Part shown: piece after piece, positions 30,410 to 38,956 of the stretch | Layout: the number at the start of each line of letters is the position of its first letter | Position numbering within the stretch: the stretch's first letter is position 1 | Assembly (NCBI GenBank): GCA_947446605.1 | Contig: CANFHJ010000002.1 | Span: 2,203-66,202 of the forward strand | Direction: 5' to 3' | Source of the DNA: Bacteroidota bacterium | Lineage (GTDB): Bacteria; Bacteroidota; Bacteroidia; UKL13-3 | DNA: 64,000 bases | The notes under the pieces: generated by a model | Database searches by the model: none | The model's input: only the letters and a program-made list of their open reading frames with translations | What the model was told of the DNA's origin: nothing | Made by a program: the position numbers and the translations under genes

Positions 30410-31834
30410 TTGTACAAATTTTCAAAATTGAGCACACTACATATTAAAAACCGGTATACCGATTTAATTCACCAAACCTTTTTCTTTCCACGACATGGTT
30501 TTGAGGTGGCAAATAACCAATTGAGTTTTCATGGGATAAATCTGATGGAACTCATTGAAAAACATGGATCTCCATTGAAATTTTCTTATTTGCCAAAGAT
30601 CAATTCGCAAATTGAAAAAGCCCGTGATTTGTTTGCCAAAGCTTTTGAAAAATACGAATATGCTGGAAATTACAATTATTGTTATTGTACCAAAAGCTCT
30701 CATTTTAATTTCGTTCTGAACCAAGTGCTTAAAAGTGGCGTTGATTTAGAAACCAGCTCTGCCTTCGACTTATCAATTATTGAGCGTTTACAACAAAAAG
30801 GAAAATTTGATAAAAGCCAATACATCATTTGTAACGGCTATAAAACAGAGCAATACGCCCAAAATATGGGTCATTTGGTTACACAAGGTTTTGAAAACTT
30901 GGTTTGTGTATTAGACAATCCGGATGAGTTTGAATTAATTAATAAATATACCACCAAACCAACCCAGTTGGGCATTCGCATTGCCACAGAGGAGGAACCA
31001 AATTTCTTGGTTTACACCTCTCGTTTGGGAATGAGTCACAAGAAAATTATTGAATTATACAAAGAGAAAATAGAAGGCAATCCAAATTTTAAACTTAAAA
31101 TCTTGCATTTCTTTGTAAATTCAGGAATTCGTGATACCACTTATTTCTGGAGTGAATTAACCAGATTGGTGAATGTATATTGCGATGTAAAAGAGGTTTG
31201 CCCAGATCTTGAAACCCTTGATATTGGTGGTGGTATGCCAATTTATACTTCCCTTGGTGTAGAGTATGATTATGGCTATATGATTGATCAAATAGTTTAT
31301 TATATAAAAGCAATCTGTGATAACAGAGGGGTGCCAGTTCCAAATCTATTTACAGAATTTGGTTCATTCACAGTTGGCGAAAGCGGCGGTATGATATACT
31401 CTATTATTGGTCAGAAAGAGCAAAACGACAAAGAATTGTGGTATATCATAAATAGCTCTTTTATTACCACTTTGCCAGATACTTGGGGCATTGGGCAAAA
31501 GTTTATTATGCTGGCCATCAATAACTGGGACAAAGAATTTCAAAGAATAAATTTGGGCGGACTAACCTGCGATAGCCAAGATTTTTATAATTCAGATACC
31601 AATACCAATCAGGTGTTTATGCCAAAAATAAATCCAGGTGAAGTATTGCATATGGGCTTCTTTCATACTGGCGCCTACCAAGAGAGTTTGGGTGGCTATG
31701 GTGGTATCCAGCATTGCTTGATTCCTGCGCCAAAACATGTACTCATAGACCAAGATGAGGAGGGAAATATTACCTATGAAGTATTTGCTGAAGCTCAAAA
31801 TGCAGAAAGCATGTTAAATATTTTGGGTTATTAG
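30410..31834 (+). CDS. PLP-dependent group IV decarboxylase, arginine decarboxylase-like
   Basis: 474 aa with an alanine-racemase-fold decarboxylase layout (..DIGGGMPI.. ; ..GGLTCDSQD..). TTG start as listed, so the true start is uncertain. Confidence 0.55.
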   Translation: MYKFSKLSTLHIKNRYTDLIHQTFFFPRHGFEVANNQLSFHGINLMELIEKHGSPLKFSYLPKINSQIEKARDLFAKAFEKYEYAGNYNYCYCTKSSHFNFVLNQVLKSGVDLETSSAFDLSIIERLQQKGKFDKSQYIICNGYKTEQYAQNMGHLVTQGFENLVCVLDNPDEFELINKYTTKPTQLGIRIATEEEPNFLVYTSRLGMSHKKIIELYKEKIEGNPNFKLKILHFFVNSGIRDTTYFWSELTRLVNVYCDVKEVCPDLETLDIGGGMPIYTSLGVEYDYGYMIDQIVYYIKAICDNRGVPVPNLFTEFGSFTVGESGGMIYSIIGQKEQNDKELWYIINSSFITTLPDTWGIGQKFIMLAINNWDKEFQRINLGGLTCDSQDFYNSDTNTNQVFMPKINPGEVLHMGFFHTGAYQESLGGYGGIQHCLIPAPKHVLIDQDEEGNITYEVFAEAQNAESMLNILGY

Positions 31835-31864
31835 TTTGCGAAAAGGAGATTTATTCTATATTTG
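31835..31864 (+). promoter_or_regulatory. Bacteroidota-type promoter (-33 TTTG / -7 TATATTTG) for the small basic ORF
   Basis: TTTG at 31835-31838 and TATATTTG (= TAnnTTTG) at 31857-31864, with an 18-nt spacer. The -7 box ends 15 nt before the ATG at 31880. Confidence 0.45.
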
Positions 31865-31879
31865 CACAAAATTAAAATT

Positions 31880-32017
31880 ATGGCAACCACCCGTTTGAAA
31901 AGAAAAGGCAGAAGAAATAAAGTGTCATCTGTATTGCGTAAAGTAGGCATCAAGGTTAATACCCAATTGGTTAAAATTAAATCGCCTAATGCAGAACGTA
32001 CTGTAATAATAGACTAA
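31880..32017 (+). CDS. free-standing 45-aa highly basic protein (candidate ribosome- or nucleic-acid-associated)
   Basis: Not in the ORF track. It translates to MATTRLKRKGRRNKVSSVLRKVGIKVNTQLVKIKSPNAERTVIID, with 13 of 45 residues K/R. It has its own promoter-like motif and its own terminator. Confidence 0.45.
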   Translation: MATTRLKRKGRRNKVSSVLRKVGIKVNTQLVKIKSPNAERTVIID

Positions 32018-32035
32018 TCCTGTCTGAAAGAATTT

Positions 32036-32067
32036 AAAGCCTTGGTGTAAACATCAAGGCTTTTTTT
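32036..32067 (+). terminator. rho-independent terminator of the small basic ORF
   Basis: AAAGCCTTG-gtgtaaacat-CAAGGCTTT followed by T-run to 32067. Confidence 0.75.
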
Positions 32068-32080
32068 ATGCCTTATATAC

Positions 32081-32112
32081 AAAAAAAGGCGACATTCATT
32101 TGAATATCACCT
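32081..32112 (-). terminator. strand-specific terminator of tRNA-Leu
   Basis: The minus-strand RNA forms AGGUGAUAU / AUGUCGCCU (9 bp including two G-U pairs) followed by U7. On the plus strand the same positions would be C-A mismatches. Confidence 0.6.
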
Positions 32113-32118
32113 TTTTAG

Positions 32119-32202
32119 TGCCGTGGAGGAGATTCGAACTCCCATACCCTTGCGAGCACCACCCCCTCAAGATGGCGTGTCTACCAATTTCACCACCACG
32201 GC
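32119..32202 (-). tRNA. tRNA-Leu (anticodon GAG), type II with long variable arm
   Basis: The reverse complement folds as GCCGTGG-TG-GTGAAATTGGTAGACAC-G-CCATC-TTGAGGG-GGTGG-TGCTCGCAAGGGTAT-GGGAG-TTCGAAT-CTCCT-CCACGGC-A (84 nt). CCA is not encoded. Confidence 0.9.
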
Positions 32203-32250
32203 TTGTGGCTCCAAAGATGCCTTAAAAACCTGAATTTGCCAAGCAGAAAA

Positions 32251-32403
32251 CTATTTAAATAGATCCTTTATTGGAGATAAAAGTGCCGATATTGCTGCAA
32301 CAGTGTTCTCAAATCCATTAACTACCGATTGAAAGTCTGTTACAAACAGCACAATCAGAAAGGTTACCAGTGCAATAAAAAATAATCTAATTAATTGATT
32401 CAT
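32251..32403 (-). CDS. possible 50-aa single-pass membrane peptide
   Basis: Not in the ORF track. It translates to MNQLIRLFFIALVTFLIVLFVTDFQSVVNGFENTVAAISALLSPIKDLFK, with a hydrophobic helix at residues 5-21. ORF-only evidence. Confidence 0.3.
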   Translation of the reverse strand: MNQLIRLFFIALVTFLIVLFVTDFQSVVNGFENTVAAISALLSPIKDLFK

Positions 32404-32531
32404 TTAATCGGCCTATTGAAAATCAAATTTAACCCTTTTTCTAGTATAGACTTGCCTAGTTTAGAAACATTTTCCCCAATTCAATAGATATTTTCTAATT
32501 TAGTAAACTCATTTATACGCATTAAAATTCC

Positions 32532-33410
32532 ATGAATACCACCACCCATATATTAAGGTCTGAAAAGCTACTTGTTGAAATTTCTGAAAATGGTGCAGAA
32601 TTAATTTCGGTGAAAGACGCCGTTTCTAATTTTGAATTTATGTGGCAGGCCGATCCAAAAATATGGAACCGCCATGCGCCCGTATTATTTCCAATTGTAG
32701 GTAAACTCAATAATAACCGAATAAAAATATCAGGTAAAAATTTTGAGATGAGTCAGCATGGATTTGCCAGAGACCAGGTTTTTGAACCCATTGAAATGTA
32801 TACAGATTTAATTCGTTTGATGCTAAGTTCATCAGATGTCTCACTCGAGAAATACCCTTATGAATTCAGGTTCTTCACCACTTATTATTTAAATGATAAT
32901 ACGCTTCGCATTGAACACAAAGTGATCAATGTGGGAGCAGAGGAAATGTATTTTTCATTGGGTGCGCACCCTGGCTTTTCACTTCCAAAAGCAGAAATGG
33001 GCCAATACAAAATTGAATTTGAGCAAGCAGAAGTTTTTGAAAGGCATTTGTTACAGGATGGTTTATTTACTGGCAAAACGGAAAGTATGCAAGCAAATGG
33101 GAATTTATTACCCCTTAGCAATTCCTTGTTTGAAAAAGATGCCATTGTTTTCAAAAATTTAAAAAGTAAATGGCTTAAGTTGGTTCGAACCGACAGTAAT
33201 TACAGTATTCAAATGAATTTTGAAGGGTTTCCTTTCATGGGCATTTGGACAAAACCTGGACAGGAAGAATTTATTTGCCTAGAACCTTGGCTCGGAATTG
33301 CCGATTCTGTTGGTTTTACAGGAGATATTAGTGATAAAGAAGGCATAATGGCTTTGACACCCAATGCTGAAATAAGTTTCCACTACGATTTAATTTTTAC
33401 TGCTGGATAA
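32532..33410 (+). CDS. aldose 1-epimerase family protein
   Basis: 292 aa with a galactose-mutarotase-like pattern (FPIVGKL..., GAHPGF, LEPW). Contains palindrome copy 5. Confidence 0.65.
   Translation: MNTTTHILRSEKLLVEISENGAELISVKDAVSNFEFMWQADPKIWNRHAPVLFPIVGKLNNNRIKISGKNFEMSQHGFARDQVFEPIEMYTDLIRLMLSSSDVSLEKYPYEFRFFTTYYLNDNTLRIEHKVINVGAEEMYFSLGAHPGFSLPKAEMGQYKIEFEQAEVFERHLLQDGLFTGKTESMQANGNLLPLSNSLFEKDAIVFKNLKSKWLKLVRTDSNYSIQMNFEGFPFMGIWTKPGQEEFICLEPWLGIADSVGFTGDISDKEGIMALTPNAEISFHYDLIFTAG
33180..33193. repeat. iterated palindrome copy 5, TTGGTTCGAACCGA
   Basis: Read directly. Encodes VRT in 32532..33410. Confidence 0.95.
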
Positions 33411-33736
33411 TTTAGTAGTAAATAAAAATAGAATGCACCTAAAGCATATGCGCCAAAATCCCATAGATCTCTGGTATATGCGGGCCATAAGATTGGGAAT
33501 AAGCCTTCAAAAATAAGGCAGCAAGCAAACCAAATTATAAAAATTTGCAGAATTGAATAAACAAATTTTGGCGAAATGTATTTCTGTTGAACCCAAAGCG
33601 CAGCGCCCATCACCAAAGGAATTAGTAGGAAATCATCGGCATAAGAAGCAATAATTCCGGCAGGAAAGGCAAACCATTGCCAGCATTTTTCAATTAATAA
33701 TAGAAACAGGAGTAATAAAAATCCCCAAGATTTCAT
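33383..33736 (-). CDS. small polytopic membrane protein, hypothetical
   Basis: 117 aa with 3-4 hydrophobic segments. Its ATG abuts the stop of the upstream gene. The 3' end overlaps the convergent epimerase gene by 28 nt. Confidence 0.4.
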   Translation of the reverse strand: MKSWGFLLLLFLLLIEKCWQWFAFPAGIIASYADDFLLIPLVMGAALWVQQKYISPKFVYSILQIFIIWFACCLIFEGLFPILWPAYTRDLWDFGAYALGAFYFYLLLNYPAVKIKS

Positions 33737-34039
33737 TTAACCAGGCATTAAAGCCAGAATAATGGTAATAATGATAAAAAATGCAATTAAAAGCATTTGT
33801 CCGCTTTGCAATGATTTCTCCACCAATTTCCAAAAGAAGCTGTTTTTGGCTTGTTTCAATTGAACCCGTTTCATAAACGGCGTTCCTTCACTTTGTTCTT
33901 TTTCAAGCTCTGCGCGCTCTTCTCTGTATTTTTTGTCTAATATTTCACCACAATGTTCGCAAAATGCTTTTTCGCCATCGGTCCATTTTAGGCAATGCTC
34001 ACATTTTTTGATGGAGCTATTTGTTTGGGAAGAGTTCAT
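33737..34039 (-). CDS. zinc-ribbon protein with C-terminal TM anchor, hypothetical
   Basis: 100 aa with CEHCLKW...CEHCGEIL (CxxC-x12-CxxC) and a C-terminal helix LLIAFFIIITIILALM. Confidence 0.45.
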   Translation of the reverse strand: MNSSQTNSSIKKCEHCLKWTDGEKAFCEHCGEILDKKYREERAELEKEQSEGTPFMKRVQLKQAKNSFFWKLVEKSLQSGQMLLIAFFIIITIILALMPG

Positions 34040-34490
34040 TTAATCTTTTTTCTCGGTAAGCAAATATCTCTTTCACATTCCGATCTACAAAGGCCCAATG
34101 AAGAAAAGATGCAAATATCCATCCTTTAGACTGATAATGAATGGTATCTGTCATGAAGGTTTTGCCATTTTCCTCCCTAAAAGTATGTGTATGGTGCCAG
34201 GTTGTATAAGGCCCGCTCAATTGCTTATCAACAAATTGGTTGGGTGCATCCCATGCTTCAATCTCAGTTTTCCATTTAAAAGGTATCCCAAATAGCTTTA
34301 TTCGGTATTTAATAATTTGACCAGGAAACATGGGAATGGGTAATGGACTAATTATTTTAAATTGGATGTTAGGAGGAGTGAGCTCGTTTAAATTTTCTGC
34401 TTTACTGAAGAAATCAAATACCTCCGCTAATGGTCGAAGAATTTCTGTTTGGTAAACGAGTGTTTTAGCTTTCATGATAGTATAAAGCAA
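34017..34490 (-). CDS. SRPBCC (START/Bet v1-like) superfamily protein
   Basis: 157 aa with a cyclase/dehydrase-like pattern. Overlaps the next gene by 23 nt. Confidence 0.55.
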   Translation of the reverse strand: MLYTIMKAKTLVYQTEILRPLAEVFDFFSKAENLNELTPPNIQFKIISPLPIPMFPGQIIKYRIKLFGIPFKWKTEIEAWDAPNQFVDKQLSGPYTTWHHTHTFREENGKTFMTDTIHYQSKGWIFASFLHWAFVDRNVKEIFAYREKRLNELFPNK

Positions 34491-34694
34491 TAGGAGGGTG
34501 AATTGTTTTGTTTACTGACATAATTACCGTTGTTAAGCACATTTTTACCAAGTAAACATTTGTATTTAAGCGACTATTCATATTTTACTAATGTATTGTT
34601 ATTCAATGAAATAGTATAACATATGTAAAGCATTGATTTTACTGCTATTTCATACAAATGTTAAGTAAGTGCTTTACAATTGTTCTTTATTGTT

Positions 34695-34702
34695 TACATT
34701 TG
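34695..34702 (+). promoter_or_regulatory. candidate -7 box (TACATTTG) for the HTH regulator gene
   Basis: TACATTTG matches TAnnTTTG, 52 nt upstream of the ATG at 34754. It overlaps the third copy of the ACATTTGTA motif. Confidence 0.3.
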
Positions 34703-34753
34703 TACTTGGTATAGTTAACAATAGTTAAATAACCTTAAATATCAATACTTTAT

Positions 34754-35212
34754 ATGGATGAATTAAATAAACGTGTGTTAAGTGTGATGGAAGCAATGAA
34801 GCTTAGTAAGAGTTCTTTTGCATTGGCCTTAGATATTTCCCTACCAGTTCTTACCCACATCAGTTCTGGTAGAAATAAGCCCGGTTTAGAGCTAATTCAA
34901 AAGGTTTTATCTAATTTCCCTAGCATTAGTCCCGATTGGTTGGTTTTAGGGAAAGGCAATATGTACCGAGAGCAGCAAAAATCTATTGATTTAAGCATGG
35001 AATTAACTGCTTTACAAGATCTTAATAAAAAAATACCTCAAATGGCCAGTAGTGCAAGTCAAATAGCTAATTACCATGCCATATTATTAAAGGAAATACT
35101 CTATCTCAATGAATTAGCACCATATTTAAGGTCTATTCAAAGTAATTCTACTTACTTTCAAGAGGAAATTGCTCAAATAGAAAGTGCTATTGAATCTAAA
35201 TTAAAGAATTAG
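34754..35212 (+). CDS. XRE/cI-like helix-turn-helix transcriptional regulator
   Basis: 152 aa. The N-terminal HTH (MKLSKSSFALALDISLPVLTHISSGRNKPGLELIQKV) is followed by WLVLGKG, as in phage-repressor-like HTH proteins. Confidence 0.6.
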   Translation: MDELNKRVLSVMEAMKLSKSSFALALDISLPVLTHISSGRNKPGLELIQKVLSNFPSISPDWLVLGKGNMYREQQKSIDLSMELTALQDLNKKIPQMASSASQIANYHAILLKEILYLNELAPYLRSIQSNSTYFQEEIAQIESAIESKLKN

Positions 35213-35374
35213 TTTTTATTATTTAATATATTGATTATTAATAAACTAATATTCATATATTTATGAAATCGGGAATCTTACCGCTGCTATTTTGGCACTA
35301 ATTTTTTTCAGATAATTTCGTTTTTTGTTAGAAAATCAAAAAAAATCTGGGAGTAAAAAGTCAATTCAATTTTT

Positions 35375-36148
35375 CTAGGGCAAATCTTGGATGGTACTTT
35401 GGTATTCCAATTCGTATCGATTTCCTTTTTTAGCACCTAATTCTTTCCATTTCGCATAAATATTTTCTATCCTATTTTCCGGATTTGGGTGGGTGCTGAT
35501 AAATTCTGGAGCCACATCTTTGTTTGTTTCATCTATTAACTGCTCAAAAAAGAAGGCTGCACCGCGTGAATCTATGTCGGTACCATTGAGGTATTCCACC
35601 GATTTATAATCAGCTTCACTTTCATCAGCTCTGCTAAAGGAGAGCGTTAACAAGTTTATTCCTAAATTAAGTAAACTAGAATGATCAATGCCTAGAACAT
35701 ATTGTAAAAGCACAGAGAGGCCTAATTGCTTGGCCATTTGCTTGGTTGAATGGCGTTGGTCGGCGTGTGCCATTTCATGCCCTAAAACCCCAGCTATTGC
35801 TGCTTTTGAGTTTAAATACTTAATTAAGCCGGTATAAATAAAAATATAACCACCAGGAACACAAAATGCATTTAAAACAGAATCATCTTGAATGATTTTT
35901 ATTTCCCATGTGAAGTCGTTTTTATGCGTTAAATTTCCATTTTTCAGGATTTTATCACGCAATTCCTCCAGCATTTTATAAGTATTGGGGCAATCTTGTT
36001 CCTCTAAAATTTTATAATTCGCCGGGTCTTGAATAATTCCGTCTTTGGCCTGCTCGCCTAATGTTTGGTCAATTGAAATAGGTATCCACGTATTACCGCA
36101 AGCGCTAATAATTAACGCAATAAGTAGGAGGAATGGCCATTTTTTCAT
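35375..36148 (-). CDS. M48 family zinc metallopeptidase (lipoprotein)
   Basis: HEMAH in VLGHEMAHADQRH and lipobox LIISAC. ATG at 36148 overlaps the M13 stop (TAATG), and this start is preferred over the TTG at 36154. Confidence 0.8.
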   Translation of the reverse strand: MKKWPFLLLIALIISACGNTWIPISIDQTLGEQAKDGIIQDPANYKILEEQDCPNTYKMLEELRDKILKNGNLTHKNDFTWEIKIIQDDSVLNAFCVPGGYIFIYTGLIKYLNSKAAIAGVLGHEMAHADQRHSTKQMAKQLGLSVLLQYVLGIDHSSLLNLGINLLTLSFSRADESEADYKSVEYLNGTDIDSRGAAFFFEQLIDETNKDVAPEFISTHPNPENRIENIYAKWKELGAKKGNRYELEYQSTIQDLP

Positions 36149-38169
36149 TACCAAATATTTGCTCTGGTTTCTGGTGTACGGAACATTTTATTACCTTCTT
36201 TTACGCCAAATGCTGCATAAAACTGTGGCATATTGCTTAATGGTCCAAATACCCTGAATTCGCCTGGAGAATGCGGATCTGTAAGAATTAGTTGGCGCAT
36301 GGCTTCTGGTCGGGCATTATTTTTCCAAATTTGGGCAAATCCTAAAAAGAACCTTTGCTCTGGTGTAAATCCATTAATTATTTTACCTGGAAATTTCTGC
36401 AAACGCATTTGGTATGCCTCATAGGCAATGGTTAAACCGCCTAAATCTGCAATGTTTTCGCCCAAGGTTAATTCGCCATTTACATGTAAGCTATCGCTTA
36501 CAAAATAGCCATTAAATTGTTCTACCAATACTTTGGTTTTGGCTTCAAACATTTTTTTGTCTTCCTCTGTCCACCAGCTCTTTAAGTTTCCATCTGCGCC
36601 ATATTTTGCACCTTGATCGTCAAATCCATGGGTTAATTCATGGCCAATTACAGCGCCAATGCTCCCATAATTTACTGCGTCGTCTGCAGCGCCATCAAAA
36701 AAAGGAGGTTGCATGATAGCTGCGGGAAATACAATTTCATTCAAAGTTGGACTGTAATAGGCATTTACGGTTTGTGGCAACATTCCCCAATCACCTCTAT
36801 CTATGGGTTTTCCGATTTTGTCGAGCATGTCTTTGAATTCAAATTCGTTTACACGGTAGTTGTTTTCGATATATGAATCACTTTTTATATCAAGGGCAGA
36901 ATAATCTGTCCATTTATCTGGGTAACCAAATTTCCTATTGAAGGAAGCCAATTTAACCAAGGCTTTTTCACGGGTTTCTTTGCTCATCCAGGTTAATTGG
37001 TTTAACCTAACTCTAAATGCTTCTACAATATCATTTACCATAGCATTTACGCGCTCTTTAGATGCTGGCGAGAATGTTTTTGCAACAAAAAGCTGCCCTA
37101 ATAATTCACCAACCACATTGTTTGCTGCAGCAATACCGCGCTTCCACATTGGTTTTTGCTCCTTAGCTCCTGTTAAAACAGTACCATAAAAATAGAAATT
37201 TTGTTTTTCCAATTTGCTATCCAAATAACCAGCCGCATTGTTCATTAAACACCAACGGAGATAAGATTGCAGGGTAGCAATTGGCGTATTGGCCATTAAT
37301 TGGTTCAATTCGTCAAAAAATGCAGGTTGAGAAACAATTAAACTGTCAATTTGCTTAAGACCAATTAGTTGAAAATAAGCTCCCAAACTAATGTTTGCGT
37401 AATTATCTATTGTTTGTTGGAAGCCTCTTTTATTGTATTGTTTTTCTTGATTTCTGCGCTCAGTTCTGTTCATAGAAACTTTTGCCAATGCGGTTTCAAA
37501 AGCCAATACATCTGTTGCAATTTGAGGTCCGCTGAAACCACATAATTCCGACACTGCTTGTATATGTTTGCTATATTCTTCTCTAATTTGGATTGATTTG
37601 GCATCTGTTTTTGTGTAATAGTCGCGATCGGGTAAACCTAAGCCTCCTTGTGAGATGTAGCTTATATAGGAGCTGCTGTTTTTTAAATCTTGGCCAATAT
37701 AAAAACCAAAGAAACAGCGAATGCCTTTTTTGTGAAATTTGCTTACAACCTCTATTAATTGTTGCTTTCCTTGAATTGAATTGATGGCATTTAAATCACT
37801 TAAAATTGGTTTAATTCCTTGCGCATCTCTCTTTAAGGTATCTAAAAACAAGCGGTAAAAAGTTCCTACTTTTCCTTTGATGGATTCTGCTTTTGCAGAT
37901 TGATCTGCTGCAGCTTCTTCTAAAAGTTGACGTAAGATTAAATTATTGCGCTCGGCTACCAAATTAAAGCTGCTCCAACGACTCTCACTTGCAGGTACGG
38001 GGTTGTTTTTTAGCCAATTGCCATTTGCAAAACGGTAGAAATCATCGCCAGCATTAAAGTTTTTATCTATGGCGCTCATATCAACACCCTTTGGCGTTTG
38101 TTTATTAATGAGCGCTAAAGACAAGATTAAACTCGTACTTAATAAAATTGCAGGAATAATTCGTTTCAT
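36148..38169 (-). CDS. pepO: M13 family endopeptidase (PepO / neprilysin-like)
   Basis: HELTHGFD and GENIADLGG motifs. ATG at 38169 (MKRIIPAILLST signal peptide) is preferred over 38232. Confidence 0.85.
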   Translation of the reverse strand: MKRIIPAILLSTSLILSLALINKQTPKGVDMSAIDKNFNAGDDFYRFANGNWLKNNPVPASESRWSSFNLVAERNNLILRQLLEEAAADQSAKAESIKGKVGTFYRLFLDTLKRDAQGIKPILSDLNAINSIQGKQQLIEVVSKFHKKGIRCFFGFYIGQDLKNSSSYISYISQGGLGLPDRDYYTKTDAKSIQIREEYSKHIQAVSELCGFSGPQIATDVLAFETALAKVSMNRTERRNQEKQYNKRGFQQTIDNYANISLGAYFQLIGLKQIDSLIVSQPAFFDELNQLMANTPIATLQSYLRWCLMNNAAGYLDSKLEKQNFYFYGTVLTGAKEQKPMWKRGIAAANNVVGELLGQLFVAKTFSPASKERVNAMVNDIVEAFRVRLNQLTWMSKETREKALVKLASFNRKFGYPDKWTDYSALDIKSDSYIENNYRVNEFEFKDMLDKIGKPIDRGDWGMLPQTVNAYYSPTLNEIVFPAAIMQPPFFDGAADDAVNYGSIGAVIGHELTHGFDDQGAKYGADGNLKSWWTEEDKKMFEAKTKVLVEQFNGYFVSDSLHVNGELTLGENIADLGGLTIAYEAYQMRLQKFPGKIINGFTPEQRFFLGFAQIWKNNARPEAMRQLILTDPHSPGEFRVFGPLSNMPQFYAAFGVKEGNKMFRTPETRANIW

Positions 38170-38305
38170 AGATTTAAAAATATGCTCCGAAAGTATTGAA
38201 AAAATAAAGGAGGATTTGCGAAACTTTTGCACGAAAAAGCCACAAATGCGTATATTTAAATTGAATACGGGTTTTTTACAGGCAAATTGTTAATTTTGAG
38301 CTATA

Positions 38306-38956
38306 ATGATAAAGGTTGAAAATTTACATAAAACCTATGGCGGATTAAGTATTCTCAAAGGGGTTAATTTAAGCATTGCTGCTTCCGAAATAGTTTCAAT
38401 TGTTGGCGCTTCAGGTGCTGGTAAAACAACTTTATTGCAAATTATGGGCACCTTGGATCAAGCAGATAGCGGCAAGCTTATTATAAATAACCAAGATGTG
38501 AGCCTGCTAAAAGGGAATAAATTGGCTCGTTTTAGAAATAAGCATATTGGTTTTGTTTTTCAATTCCACCAATTGCTTCCTGAGTTTACCGCATTGGAAA
38601 ATGTATGTATTCCTGCCTGGATTGCACATACAAATGATTCGGCTGTTCAAAAAAGAGCAAAGGAGTTATTAGATTTTTTGGGATTAACGGATAGGATGGA
38701 TCATAAGCCAAGTGCAATGAGTGGTGGTGAGCAGCAAAGGGTAGCGGTGGCTAGGGCGCTTATCAATCAACCTTCCGTTATTTTAGCCGATGAGCCAAGT
38801 GGTAATTTGGATTCTAAATCGGCAGAGGATTTACACCAATTGTTTTTTCAGTTGCGAAAGGAAATGAATCAAACCTTTGTAATTGTTACGCATAATTTGT
38901 CATTGGCTGCTCAAAGCGACCGACAATTAACCATTAAAGATGGTATAATTTTATAG
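38306..38956 (+). CDS. lolD: ABC transporter ATP-binding protein, LolD-like
   Basis: Walker [10 protein letters not shown], signature MSGGEQQR and Walker [18 protein letters not shown] -7-like box sits at 38291-38298. Confidence 0.65.
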   Translation: MIKVENLHKTYGGLSILKGVNLSIAASEIVSIVGASGAGKTTLLQIMGTLDQADSGKLIINNQDVSLLKGNKLARFRNKHIGFVFQFHQLLPEFTALENVCIPAWIAHTNDSAVQKRAKELLDFLGLTDRMDHKPSAMSGGEQQRVAVARALINQPSVILADEPSGNLDSKSAEDLHQLFFQLRKEMNQTFVIVTHNLSLAAQSDRQLTIKDGIIL

